Shown piece after piece: positions 11,936 to 24,322 of a stretch of DNA of 44,781 bases. Each line of letters opens with the position of its first letter. The first letter of the stretch is position 1. The notes under the pieces were generated by a model. The model ran no database searches, had not been told where the DNA came from, and was given only the letters and a program-made list of their open reading frames with translations. Made by a program: the position numbers and the translations under genes. Source of the DNA: Chiloscyllium plagiosum (lineage: Eukaryota); assembly GCF_004010195.1 (NCBI RefSeq), contig NC_057719.1, positions 33,784,276-33,829,056 of the forward strand, read 5' to 3'.

Positions 11936-11972
11936 GGTTCTGAGGAAGGGTCACTGGACCCAAAACATTAAT
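11936..11972 (+). ncRNA. Degenerate minimal HHR motif in a PLE pLTR fragment (~11935-12050)
   Basis: ggtt-CTGAGGA-A-GGGTC-ACTG-GACCC-AAAA-CATT-aatt. GAAA>AAAA is compatible with CpG decay. Confidence 0.55.
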
Positions 11973-12189
11973 TCTGATTCCTTGCCACAGATGCTGTCAG
12001 ATCTGCAATTTCTGTTTTTGTTTCTGATTTCCAGCATCTGCAGTTTTATGATTTTTACTAAAACCCCTGATTACTTTATTAAAGAGTAAGAAAAAAACAG
12101 AATTTCTAATGCTGATTGTAAAGATTGACCAGACATTGTCAAGATCTTAAAAGATATTCCAAGTTTGGGTCAACTTCAGGATAGCTTTA

Positions 12190-12322
12190 GGAAGGAGTAA
12201 GTGAGGACTGCAGATGTGGAGATCAGGAATGTGATGAAGGACTTATGCCTGAAACATTGACTCTCCTGCTCCTTGGATGCTGCCTGACTGGCTGTGCTTT
12301 TCCAGCACCACACTTTTTGACT
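12190..12322. mobile_element. Old inverted PLE pLTR insertion with decayed HHR
   Basis: Short minus arm (gtgaggactgcagatg...gatcag), then plus arm tgatgaaggacttatgcctgaaacattgactc... Confidence 0.7.
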
Positions 12323-13157
12323 CATATACCAGCTTGAGTCCATTTCATATCAACAACAGCCAGGTGAAACAATTGACCAATACAAAGGCAGGTTTTGATG
12401 TAAAGGTGTGGTACATATTTTAATCAAAGCTAACATAGCTGAAAGGCTAATAGAACTTGTAATTGGTTCTACATTTTATTATACCCTTCAGAATACAAAA
12501 TTCTCGACCCAGCCCATGGATCATTGATGTACGAAGGAGTGTTCAACACAATTATAGCTGGTCAGTAGCATCTTCAGGTGATTGACTGTCCAACAACTAA
12601 TGCATCCTGTTAGAATCCTCACTGACTTTTCATGATTTTTATTTTTATTCTTTTATCAATTTTGAATTATGAGCTGGAACTGACTGATGGATTTTGGGAC
12701 AGTTTGAGGTAAAAGGAAAAGAACAGAGCAAATGAGCCTTGTTTGTTTTGCAGCCAGGGGTTGGTAATTGAGCCTTGATTAATGAAAAGTTCTAACAGAC
12801 ACAGTCCCACCAGGAAGAGCATTGGGTTCAAACAAATAGCAGATGTTGGCTATTAATGAGATCAGTACCTGGAAATTGGTGCAGTGAAATCTGGCAGAGA
12901 TCCAATGTTCAAGCAGATGGCACTTGTTGAATGGTAATTGAGGACTTTAACAGTCGATCAAGGCAGAACCTGAGTTAAAATTAGTTTTTTTGAACCATGT
13001 TTTCTGTGAGATGGTCCTGGGTTGTTGCTGAGACAGCATGCAGATTTGAAAGCTCCCTGCCTAATCTGATACACCAACTTCTAGAATCCCAAAAGAAGAA
13101 AGTTGAGTTAGATGCATTGTTGTCTATGCTTAGGTGAACTGAGAAAGAGACTCTTAG

Positions 13158-13988
13158 GTGAGTGGGGGAGGGGATGAAGGTGATAGGTCAGGGAGGAGAG
13201 GGTGGAGTGGATAGGTGGTCCTTGGCTGAGTGGGAGGGGGAGTTGAAATGTTGGGCCACGGGGCGGTGTGGTTGATTGGTGCGGGTGTCCCGGAGATGTT
13301 CCCTAAAGCGCTCTGCTAGGAGGCGCCCAGTCTCCCCAATGTAGAGGAGACCGCATCATCTGCCAACATTTCCGCCACCTCCAAAAAGTCCCCACCACCA
13401 GGGATATATTTCCCTCCCCACCCCTTTCCCTCTTCCGCAACGACTGTTCCTTCCGTGACTACCTAGTCAGGTCCACGCCCCACTATGACCCACCCTCCCA
13501 TCCTGGCATTTTCCCCTGCCACCGCAGGAACTGTAAAACCTGCGCCTACACCTCCTCCCTCACCTCTATCCAAGGCCCTAAAGGAGCCTTCCACATCCAT
13601 CAAAGTTTTACCTGCACATCCACTAATATCATTTATTGTATCCGTTGCTCCCGATGCGGTTTCCTCTACATTGGGGAGACTGGGTGCCTCCTAGCAAAGC
13701 ACTTTAGGGAACATCTCCGAGACACCCGCACCAATCAACCACACCGCCCTGTGGCCCAACATTTCAACTTCCCCCTCCTACTCTGCTGAGGACATGGAGG
13801 TCCTGGGCCTCCTTCATCCCGCACCACTAGTCCAGAATCTGGTTTCCAGCATCGTCCTCATTCCTAAAGAAGGGCTTTTGCCCGAAACATCGATTTCGCT
13901 GCTCCTTGGATGCTGCCTGAACTGTTGTGCTCTTCCCGCACCACTAGTCCAGAATCTGGTTTCCAGCATCTGCAGTCATTGTTTTTAC
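13158..13988 (+). mobile_element. PLE 3' part (Zn finger, GIY-YIG, pLTR) with inverted 5' segment 13158-13336
   Basis: CHRRNCKTC and FTCTSTNIIYCIRCSRCGFLYIGETG...FREH...VAQHFN. Positions 13225-13336 are the reverse complement of ~13653-13782. Decayed HHR at ~13864-13892. Confidence 0.92.
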
Positions 13989-14009
13989 CCAGTTTAATAA
14001 CACCCTTCC

Positions 14010-14912
14010 TCTAACAAGGTGACCAAAACTGAATACAATGTTTCAAGCATGGCCTCACCAACATTCTGTACAACTGCAACATAACCTCCCAACTTCTATA
14101 CTTAGTGCCCTTACTGATGAAGTCCAGTGTGCCAAAAGCCTTCCTCACTGCCCTGTCTACCTGTGACTCCACTTTCAGAGAACTGTGCACCTGAACTCCA
14201 AGGTCCCTCTGTTCCACTACACTCCTTAAGGCCCTACCATTCACCATGAAACTCCTACCTTGATTTGACTTTCCAAAATTCAAGACCTCACACTTATCTA
14301 TATTAAACTCCGTTTACCTTTCTGGGTTTACTTCCCCAGCTGATCAAAGTCCTGCTGCAATTTCTGATAACCTTCCTCACTGTCCACAATACTGCCCTTT
14401 CTAGTGACATCAGCAAACTTACTAATCATGCCTTGTACATTTTTATACAAATCATTGATATAGATAATAAACAGTAATGGGCCCAGCACTGATCCCTGAG
14501 GCATTCCATTAGTCACAAACCTCCAGTCTGAAAAGAATCCTTCCACTACCATTCTACCAACAAGCTAACTTTCTATCTAGTTTGCCAGCTTGCCCTGGAT
14601 TCAATACAATCCAAACTTCCAGAGCAGCCTACCATGTGGTACCTTATCAAAGGCCTTACTGAAATCTATGTTGACCACATCTACTACTCTGCCCTTGTCA
14701 ACCTTCTTGGTCACTTTACCAAAGAACTCTAACAAATTTGTGAGGCATGATCTCCCACTCACAAAGCCATGCTGACTACTCCTAATCAATTCATGTATAT
14801 CTTATCATTCAGAATCTTCTCAAGTACCTCACCCACAACAGATGTTAAGTTTACTGGTCTATAGTTCCCAAGTTTTTCTTTGCAGCCCTTCTTGAATGAT
14901 GGCACAACATTC
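14010..14912 (-). mobile_element. CR1-like LINE RT fragment
   Basis: ORFs with SQHGFVSGRSCLTNLLEFF...[24 protein letters not shown]...KFAD and QRDLGVQV. Confidence 0.95.
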
Positions 14913-15399
14913 GTTCTTTTTCCTTTCAAAGATTTACTGCTTAGTTTGTTTTTCTGTCTATCTATTGTGTGTATGGGACTGAAACCAAAGGTAATGGGTT
15001 TAAATCATAGACATTAATTAGATTACTTTATTGCTCAACTTTTCTCTGCTAAAGCTACTGCACTGTTAACAAATTGTTAAGTATTTTGTTTAAACTATAA
15101 ACCTGGTGTCTAGGATTGATTATTTACAAAGTCTAGGACTGGTTATTCAAAATGTCTGGTTAGAAACCATTTGGTCAATTTTTAGGGTCTTTGAAAGTTT
15201 TAGTTTTACTGTTTTTCAAATACAAACATAATGAGGTTGATTTGATTTATCTGTCTGGCTACGTGTTGAAGGCTGATAGGATACTATCATTTATTAAGAA
15301 AGGAATTAAACATAAAAGTTTACAGTCACAATTATAATATCAAAGTTACATGATATTATAAAGATGTGCAGGTTAGATGGATTGGCCATGCTTAATTGC

Positions 15400-15499
15400 T
15401 GTCAAGATGAGAGTGGTGCTGGAAAAGTACAGCAGGTCAGGCAGCATTGGAGGAGCGGGAAAATTGATGTTTCGGGCAAAAGCCCTTCATCAGGAATGA
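15400..15499 (-). mobile_element. PLE pLTR fragment with HHR core
   Basis: Minus strand CTGATGA-A-GGGC-TTTT-GCCC-GAAA-CATC. Flanks gcttaattgc (15390-15399) and gctaaattgc (15500-15509). Confidence 0.8.
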
Positions 15500-15671
15500 G
15501 CTAAATTGCCCGATAGTGTCCAGGATTGTGCAGGCTAGACAGATTAGCTCCAGTAAATGCAGAGTTATGGGGAATGGATGTGGTGTGGTGTTGCTGGAAT
15601 GCTATTTGGTGAGTCAGTGCAGACTAAATGAACTGAACAGCAATTCAGGCAGCATCCGAAAAGCTTCGAAA

Positions 15672-15704
15672 TCGACGTTTCGGGCAAAAGCCCTTCATCA
15701 GGAA
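15672..15704 (-). ncRNA. Minimal type I HHR motif, intact core
   Basis: Minus strand ttc-CTGATGA-A-GGGC-TTTT-GCCC-GAAA-C-GTC-ga. Palindromic ACGT in place of helix III; stem I is very short. Confidence 0.75.
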
Positions 15705-16420
15705 TAAAGGCAGAGAGCCTGAAGCGTGGAGAGATAAGCTAGAGGAGGGTGGGGGTGGGGATAGAGTAGCATAGAGTACAATAGGTCAGTGGGGGAGGAG
15801 ATGAAGGTGATAGGTCAGGAAGGAGAGGGTGGTGTGGATAGTGGAAAAGGAGCTGGGCAGGTCGGACAAGCCCGGACAAGNNNNNNNNNNNNNNNNNNNN
15901 NNNNNNNNNNNNNNNNNNNNNNNNNNNNNNNNNNNNNNNNNNNNNNNNNNNNNNNNNNNNNNNNNNNNNNNNNNNNNNNNNNNNNNNNNNNNNNNNNNNN
16001 NNNNNNNNNNNNNNNNNNNNNNNNNNNNNNNNNNNNNNNNNNNNNNNNNNNNNNNNNNNNNNNNNNNNNNNNNNNNNNNNNNNNNNNNNNNNNNNNNNNN
16101 NNNNNNNNNNNNNNNNNNNNNNNNNNNNNNNNNNNNNNNNNNNNNNNNNNNNNNNNNNNNNNNNNNNNNNNNNNNNNNNNNNNNNNNNNNNNNNNNNNNN
16201 NNNNNNNNNNNNCTAAACTTCCAGCTCAGCACTGTCCCCATGACCTGTCCGGACTTGTCCTACCTGCCTAGCTCCTTTTCCACCTATCCACTCCACCCTC
16301 TCCTCCCTGACCTATCACCTTCATCTCCTCCCCCACTGACCTATTGTACTCTATGCTACTCTATCCCCACCCCCACCCTCCTCTAGCTTATCTCTCCACG
16401 CTTCAGGCTCACTGCCTTTA

Positions 16421-16453
16421 TTCCTGATGAAGGGCTTTTGCCCGAAACATCGA
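16421..16453 (+). ncRNA. Minimal HHR motif (GUC>AUC variant)
   Basis: ttc-CTGATGA-A-GGGC-TTTT-GCCC-GAAA-C-ATC-ga. Confidence 0.68.
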
Positions 16454-16639
16454 TTTCGAAGCTTTTCGGATGCTGCCTGAACTGCTGTGCTCTTCCAGCA
16501 CCACTGATCCAGAATCTGGTTTCCAGCATCTGCAGTCATTGTTTTTACCACCTAAATGAACTGAACTCTATCTGCACTGTAGGATGCTATGACTCTATGA
16601 TATCTGTTTTACTATAGAGATATCACTTTTGTTACACAA

Positions 16640-17160
16640 GGCATTGGTGAAACCACATTTTGCTTAGTATGTACAGACTTGATCTCCTTATTTAAGGAAG
16701 AAAGCAAATGCTCTGAATTTTGTTCAGAGGGGGTTTATTTGATCAATAACTGGAATGAGTGGATTGTCTCATGAAGATAGGTTGGACAGATTGTCCTTGT
16801 TCCACTGGAGTTTAGAAGAGGTGAGAAGCGATTTGATTGAAGCGTATAAAATCCTGAAAGGTCTCAACAAGTGGACATGGTAAAGAAGTGACCCCAGAAC
16901 TGCTTTAAATTTAGTTGTCACTCTTTCATGGCAAGGATGAGGAAAAATGGGGTTTCTCCCAGAGGTGTGTAGGACTTTGGAACTTTCTGCACTTGAAGGG
17001 GTTGGAAGCGGGATTATTGAGTTTTGTTTAAGAAGTGGTGGATAGATTCTTGTTAACAAAAGGAATGAAAGGTTAAATGGGAATGTGGAAATAAAAATAC
17101 ACTCAGATCAGCTGTGATCTTATTGAATGGTTGACTTCTGCTCCTATTTTGTATGTTTCT
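16640..17160 (+). mobile_element. Old CR1-like LINE 3' fragment
   Basis: Degenerate YKALVRPHL / LFPLEFRRVRSDLIEAYKILKG segment plus CR1-type 3' UTR. Confidence 0.8.
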
Positions 17161-17639
17161 ATTTTTCCTTGTCAAGAATGGTAAGTTCCATAGAAATAAT
17201 TTTGTATTAGCAATCACTGCACTTTGAAATTATTAACTAGGAGTAATTTTAGCCTAGTATAATGTTGTACAATGGTGTAATTAGAATTAACAGCTTATTT
17301 TGTATTTTCTCCATTGTTACATACATTGACTTTACAACAAGTGGAGCTTATGTAAGTAGATGTAGAGAATTTGGTAAATATTCTTTCGTTTCATGTCAGG
17401 CAGTGATGGGTAGCAGCCTTGTACAATCAAATAACAAGACTTGGACTGGAATGTGATTAAAGTTGGAGTGCACTGGGTTATAATTAGCAGAGTAATACCA
17501 CCTTGTATATATTATAATTAGAGTTGTACAATTTGCATTGACTTCTTTGCTTTCATCAGCCATCTAATATTCTGCAAATCAAAGAAAATCCATAGTATTT
17601 CAGAGATGTGATCAATGCAGATCATTGAAAGAAAGAGAT

Positions 17640-18110
17640 AATGTTTACACAGCAGCCTTCATGTCCTCAGGACACCCTGAAATGCTTCATCAGTTGTCAC
17701 TCTTGTAAAGCAGGAAGAGATAGTAGCTGAAAATGTGTTGCTGGAAAAGCGCAGCAGGTCAGGTAGCATCCAAGGAACAGGAGAATCGACGTTTCGGGCA
17801 TAAGCCCTTCTTCGGCTTTTGCCCGAAACGTCGATTCTCCTGTTCCTAGGATGCTGCCTGACCTGCTGCGCTTTTCCAGCAACACATTTTCAGCTCTGAT
17901 CTCCAGCATCTGCAGTCCTCACTTTCTCCAGGAAGAGATAGTACCCTATTTATGCAAAGTGAGATCCCACAAAAATCAATGAGATGAATATCCAGGTAAT
18001 TTAGTTTGGTGATGTTGGTTAACCGATAAATATTCAGTAAAAGTATTAAACAATCCCCTCCTTACTGCTTTTTGGTGAGTGCTATGCAATTATTTACATT
18101 CAGCTAAACA
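17640..18110 (-). mobile_element. Ancient DeuSINE/SacSINE1-like relic
   Basis: Motifs gcaaagtgagatcccacaaa...aatgagatgaat...ggtgatgttggtt resemble the reverse of the Deu domain. Similar to 18345-18725 and ~19690-19865. Confidence 0.5.
17726..17928. mobile_element. Inverted PLE pLTR hairpin insertion with 15-bp TSD
   Basis: Near-perfect arms ~17725-17800 and ~17820-17895. CAGGAAGAGATAGTA occurs at 17711-17725 and 17929-17943. Confidence 0.92.
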
Positions 18111-18344
18111 GTGAAATGGGTCCAACACAGGCCTCCATGACTGTCAGGTGAATTTTACATCCCAGACATTTTAAAATCACGTTGGATTCCTAGGTAAACC
18201 ATTAGAATTTATTAATAAGACTCCCTTCTAAGTTTGACAGGCATCTGCCATTAGTAAAGAACAAGAATAAGATTGAAGTTGCAAATGGAGGCACTTGCTT
18301 TTAATCCCTTTGCTGCCTAAGTATCAGACATGGATCAGGCTGCA

Positions 18345-18725
18345 GCATGCTTGCTACTGAGTTAAAGGGCTATGAATTCCAATCTTACATCAAAGTCTTG
18401 AACAAAATACTGCATTACTGAATGAGTGCTACACTGCTCAAGGTGTTGTCTTGAAGATAGGGCCCTACACTGAGAATTAAACTACATTAAGGAGGATGTG
18501 ACAGATCAATTTTGAAGAGAAGGTGAGATATTCCTGATGTATTGATTAATAATAATCAAGAACTCAACATCGCGAAAACCAAGATAAACTGATTAAGAGC
18601 ACATTGTTATTTGTGGTTCTTACTGTACACAAATTGGCTGTATCCTATATTGTATTATTGCAGTAATTCCCTCATAAGTACCAAACTGACTACAAAATGC
18701 TTTAGAATATCCTGGGGTTGCAGAA
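18345..18725 (+). mobile_element. Ancient DeuSINE/SacSINE1-like relic
   Basis: tttgaagag...ctcaacatc...cattgttatttgtggttcttactgtacacaaattggctg...atgctttagaatatcctg. Confidence 0.55.
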
Positions 18726-19994
18726 GACACAACAAAAATAAAAGAATTTAATTTCATTTTTGCAAATAAAAGGAGTTAAATTCCCCAGTTGAGGCCTAAA
18801 CCTATAATGTTCTGTGTTGGATAGGATACAATTAGATAGCAAACTATATTGAGTATTTTCAGGCATTTCCCTTTCAACCTCTGAAAACTGAAATGAATAT
18901 GTTTCAGGAAAAGGACTGCCCCAGTTGTAATATATTTCTTTCAATCTTGAAGGCATAAGAAAAGACAGTGAAAGTCACTTCTAGTACAACAGCTACAATT
19001 GCTCCCTTGATAATTGCATTTGTGATTAATTGCAGTCTTTCCCATGCTGGGATTATGTGATAGTAATTAACGGGAGTAAACTGAATCCTTACTTCACATA
19101 GTTTGAAGTCTGCTGGGATTGACAAGGACACAAAAATGTCACTACTTTGTAGTGATATATCAATATCTAAGTAGAGCTAAATGTTCTTGTGCTTATCACA
19201 TATGAAAATACCAGCTGTCCTCCATCCAATGATTTCTAATACCTCAGAAGAAGTGGACATTTGTGCATCTATGGACTGTCTAAATTCAAAATATTTAAAG
19301 AGTTAAAAACATTCAGATTAAAGATGTCATGAGAGACATGTAAATGGTTGACTAATGAATTAAGACAAATACCTCTTCAATGTTCAATGGAATTATTGAA
19401 GTAATTGAATCAGGACATGTGAACTTGGTTGTCTGCTTTCCTAAGTGTTGAACCAGACTACGCAGATCGAAAACATTGATCAAAATATGCTTCACAACAA
19501 ATTAATCTTACACAATCATGTTTGGAAATGTTTGGAACAGGATTTAGTAAACAGACAAAAGGATCTCCATTGGAGATGGGGAAGGTTAAGAAGCGGCAAC
19601 AAATGCTTATTGAAGATGAACGGTAAAATAGTTCGGGGAGGGGGAATGGTTTGTGGGAGAAATGGAAAATAACTCGCATTACCCAATCTTGTTCAGACGG
19701 CATTCCAAAGCTCTTCACATGCAATAAATTCCTTTGGAACAAGAGTCGCTCCTGCTGTGCAGACAAGCACAGCTGCCATTTTGTAAAACATTGAAGTCCC
19801 AAAAACATAGGATGGATCTTTTTAATAGTGAATCTGTTTTCTATGATGTTGATTGAGGGAGGTGATGAGCTCACCTCCTGACTATCCAAACCCTTCACTT
19901 CACCGACAAGTGAGAAATACTCTCCACTTTCTTGGATGAGTTCACGTCGAACATTATTCAAGCAACCTGATATCATCCAGGAAAAAGCATTGTA

Positions 19995-20414
19995 AACAAA
20001 AAAAATACTGGAAATCACAACAAATCAGGCAGCATCCATGGAGAGAGAGCAAGCTAATGTTTCAAGTTTAGATGACTCTTCATCAGAGCTGACCTGGAAA
20101 GACTCCCATTCCTTCTCTTTCTTTTAGCTTTATTTGTTACATTCTGTGTCACCATGTCCTCTCTCTCTTCCCCCCACTGCAATGGGACAGTCTGGTGTTT
20201 TCTGTTTGGTAGTTATTGTTCTGTCATTCTCACATTCCAATCACTTAATCTGCACTATCAACACCCTTTCTTGTCCAGCATTCCACACCCCACCCCCAAC
20301 TCTCACTATTGCATAAATGCTACCCTCTCCACAGTTCACATCAGCTCTGATGAAGAGTCATCTAGATTATTCTCCCTCCATGGAGGCTGTCGGACCTGCT
20401 GTGATTTCCAACAT
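19995..20414. mobile_element. Inverted PLE pLTR insertion (third family)
   Basis: tggaaatcac...ccatggagagag...gatgactcttcatcagagctga is mirrored by tcagctctgatgaagagtcatct...ctccatgga...gtgatttcca. Confidence 0.75.
20052..20090 (-). ncRNA. Minimal HHR motif with 4-bp stem I
   Basis: Minus strand AGCT-CTGATGA-A-GAGTC-ATCTA-AACTT-GAAA-C-ATT-AGCT. Stem II is partly decayed. Confidence 0.62.
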
Positions 20415-23400
20415 CATAAAAACTCCCTTCCTTGATTTACATTGATTACTGCCCTTGTGGTCTTTTGTAATGAGCTGAAGCAGTAAAGTTATAAATATAT
20501 GATCTAAAACACAGCACCATTTATATTATGAAATCTTGCACCAAAGTGTGATCTTACCTTCTGTGTTAAGCCCTAGAGTAGATCTTAAAACTACAGCCTC
20601 TAATTTAGAAATGTGATGATCTCACTGGACTGCGCTGAATGTTGAAGGGCGCATGCATAATTAAAATGACAGTCATTAGAGATGGAGCAAAGAAAATGGA
20701 AAATCTATCATATCTTCATTCTAATTGCAGCAGGAGATGGTGGGGAAGAAATTGTTTAGATGGGATGGTGTGACACTTACTGCAATGCTGTCTGCATCTA
20801 GATCCCCTGAAAACACATACTTATGCCATTATTTACCAACTTCTCTTTACTGTCAATCAACTCCCATTCATACCCTTCATCATACTCTGTCAGACCTTTT
20901 GAGGAATTCTGCCTGCGTTTCTCATTCTTATTTCACTGGAGATGGTAACTGGGTTTTGCACCACATTTCTGAAGAAGAGGAGCAGCTCCATGGAAATTCT
21001 GGACCAATATCTGCATGTTAGCCTAATTTGGTTTGAAGTTCGTAGTTTGTGCATATGTGCGTAATGCTTCTTACTACTGTAGTTCTGCTTAATTACAGTG
21101 TGTAAAGCAGGTGCCTATGCCTTTAACTTCTGTTGTTTGTGAATTCACTTTCTCGTGGAAGCTGAGTGCTAAGGTCTGCTACAGGGAGCACCTCATTTCC
21201 TATTTTGTGGGAAGCTGGACCATGCGTCTTTTCAGCTACATGTTCTAGTGTTGAGTTGGAGGGCACATGTACTGTAATCATCATCCATGTTTCCTTCCTG
21301 GTGTACTGTTAGTAATGGTTCTCTTGTTTCTACAATATCATTAATCTGAAGGAAGGTGTACATAATAGTCTCAATGAACTAAGTGAAAGGCTGCATCTAG
21401 GTTGTTTGCAAATGGTTATCAAGCCTGTCAGTAGTGGAAAGATGGCCCTCTCCAATCTGCTGCCTGAAGTCACTGGAGCAACTCTGAATAGGGAGCATAG
21501 ATTGATATAAAGCCTTCTGAGGTAGAATTGACTGCTGAACAATTTCTTGGAACTCCTTTTGCTCCATAGTAGATTGCTGTACAAACTCCTCCTTATAAAC
21601 TCCCACACTGCCACCTAAGGTATGACTTACAGAACTCAGATTGACAAGGATTCTAGTACCTGCAGTACTATTTCTATCAACATAGGCTATGAAAAATAGC
21701 TTAAAGGGGATGCATTCTGATTTACTGTACCTTCCTGCACACATGCCACTACTCTCTGCTCCTATTGATTTGTGCTCTGTGTATCATGAAGTGTACATGA
21801 GTTAGTGAGGACTCTTTACTTTCTGACGGTGAGGGACAATGTAGTAATAACACATGATTGATTGCACTCTCCAGGAGATGTTAGGTCATTTTCAACTTTA
21901 TATTGTCTGCTGTAGAAATGGTGGATGCTAATAAATTCAAATATGTCTGTCATTCAGCATTAAGGTGGTCACAATGGAAAACATAATGCAGATGATATAT
22001 GACGATTTGTTGATGCACTCCATAACACAGAGTAACAGAAGAAAATGAATGTGGAGGTACATATAGACAAGGACCCATTCCAGGATTGCGAGAAAACTGA
22101 TAAAACTCAAACAAAAACTGCTGCTTGTCTAATGTAGTAAGTGTGTGGACAGTGTGGCCAACTCCCTTTACCTTAAATGCCTTTTTACTTTGGCAGGAAA
22201 TTAAAGAGCCTGATTACCTCACTCTATAATCCCGAGATCCTATCATCCTTTAAGAAGCTACCCTCCCCTCTCCTGCTTCTAAATGCGGTCTGAATAATTT
22301 CCATATCAATTTTGTCAAATCTCAACTCTGTGCCCTGTAGTCAGTATGAGAAAAGCATGAAGAGCTTCAAACTCTCGGTTTAAAAGCTTGCTACAGCTTA
22401 TCCACTCCCAGTTAAATCAAATGACATTTAGAGTACTTGACATTTTCCTGTGCTTCACACATCAGGTGGGCCGAGAAATTGTTGTGGGGTCAGTCCAGCT
22501 AAAGTCTTCCCCATTATCTTGTGCTGGGAATCACACTTCCAGGAAAGCTTTAGATTCATGTCAGAGAATAGCACTAGGAATTTGATTTCTAAAAAAAAGG
22601 AACCTTAGTAAAAACAGAAAGATGAGAAATTAACTCAAACTTTCTTTACAACTGGTCATTCATATTTTAATATAAACATATTATTTGATGCAATTTACTA
22701 AAACTGAAACGCAATTGGCTCAGACATATTGAAGTATTTAAAAGCCAGGTTCAAAGGGAAGTGGCTTATTAGAATTCAAAACACATATTGAATTTTCACT
22801 TCAATCTTTTAGTTCAACATCACAAATTCCCTATGTCTTGGAAAATATAACGGAAATATCTATTGAATTGTAATCCCTCTTATGTTGTAGAAAGAATAAT
22901 TGCCATTTTAATCAATATGCATCAGCTCTCTTTTCAGCTGAGGCAAGTGTTGCAAAAACTGTCAGTTTCAAACAAGTAGTGTCTGCAGCGTGGAGATACA
23001 AACAAATCAGAAAGATGGAGCTTGTAAGCCAATGTCTCAGAGGAATTAATGCCCTGTCATAACACTCAATGCACGTTACAGGGTCTCTTGGTAAGCTGGA
23101 ATCCTATTGTTACATTGAGACCACCAAGTTCTGTCAGATAATTACTAATTTGAACATGCACATGAGATTCCCAAGTAGAAACTATTTCAGAGATTACTGT
23201 CATTGGAGAAAGACAGGATGCTTTTTTTTTACTTTAATAATAACAAAAGGAAATAGCAAAAATAGTTTACCTTGATATCTTGAAAAGCTGTTTGATTGCT
23301 TTGTCCTCACTCGTATATTTTGTATTTCAAATACTCTTTAAGCTCGTGTCTGAAATATATTGTCTCTGCTTCCACCATAACCGAAACCAAAGACATATTA

Positions 23401-23809
23401 GTTACTGCATCTGTATAGTTAGGTGTAATTAAATCAGCAAAATATTGTTCGCTGCTTCCAACTCAATACTATGGGAATAGATTTAAAAATGTCAAACTGT
23501 AAGAAAATGATAGTCAAGCTAGGTAAACTAGTTTGGTAAAACATAAGACAGAAAGGAAGAGGCAATAGTTGAGGCAAACAGCTTCAATGGTTTAAAAATG
23601 AATTAGATAAGCATAGGACAGAAAATAAAGCACTGTAAGGTGGGATTGTGCTAGATAGAAAGAAAGGAAATGTAGATGGAACGTAAGTGTCAGAATAGGA
23701 ATCTGTATCTATCACAAGGCAATATATACTGGATGCTTACATTTTTGAGAAAGTTTGTAGCTCAAATTGATGATATGGATGTGAGTTAGCTCACTGAGCT
23801 GGAGGTTAA

Positions 23810-24322
23810 GGGGGTAGAGGGGCAGGTTGGTGAGGTGAGGATAAGTGAAGACAGGTAGAGGGTACGACCCAGTCATTGCTCATTTTAATTCCCCTTCCCA
23901 CTCCCTTTCCGACATGACCATCCTTGGCCTCCCCATTGCTACAATGAATCAAACCGCAAATTGGAGGAACAAAACCTCATCCTCCGCCCTGGGCAGCCTA
24001 CAGCCTGGAGGACTCAATATTGAGCTCTCCAATTTCAAATAACCTCCCTTCCCTTCCCCGACTACCTTTCCAGCCCCTCCCTCCCTTCTATTCCTCTCAG
24101 ACACCAACCGGATTCATTCCTCCCATCGACCAATCAGGTTGTACTGTCTATTTGACTTCACCTATCCCTCCATCACCACCCTGCCCATTTCCCCCCAACA
24201 TTATCTGCAGCTCCCCTTACACCCACCCCAGCCTTGAAGAAAGGTTACACCTGAAACATTGACTTCTCCAATTCCTGATGCTGCCTGGCTTGCTGTGTTC
24301 TCCCAGCCTTCTGCTTGTCTAT
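23810..24322 (+). mobile_element. Old PLE 3' end (GIY-YIG C-terminus, pLTR, decayed HHR at ~24234-24262) with short inverted 5' piece
   Basis: PVIAHFNSPSHSLSDMTILGL...LGSLQPGGLNIELSNF, followed by ttgaagaaaggttacacctgaaacattgac. Confidence 0.85.

Larger units (their letters stand above)
15639..16551. mobile_element. Inverted PLE pLTR pair around an assembly gap (N 15881-16212), with 15-bp TSD
   Basis: 15639-15880 is a near reverse complement of ~16245-16490. CTAAATGAACTGAAC occurs at 15624-15638 and 16552-16566. Confidence 0.9.
15362..16600 (+). mobile_element. HE1-like SINE 3' half, split by two PLE pLTR insertions
   Basis: gatgtgcaggttagatggattggccatgct...aaattgccc...tgcactgtaggatgctatgactctatga. 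Confidence 0.65.

Noticed and set aside
12607..15270. Possible LTR (TGTTAG start) split by PLE and CR1 insertions
   Set aside because: No defined CA end or TSD; only compositional resemblance.
15786..16386. ORFs of 151-185 aa
   Set aside because: They span the second N gap within pLTR sequence.
22938..23091. Possible plus-strand exon; one frame reads GKCCKNCQF (disintegrin-like)
   Set aside because: That frame begins with TGA right after the acceptor, and all frames hit stops before the gtaagc donor at ~23091.
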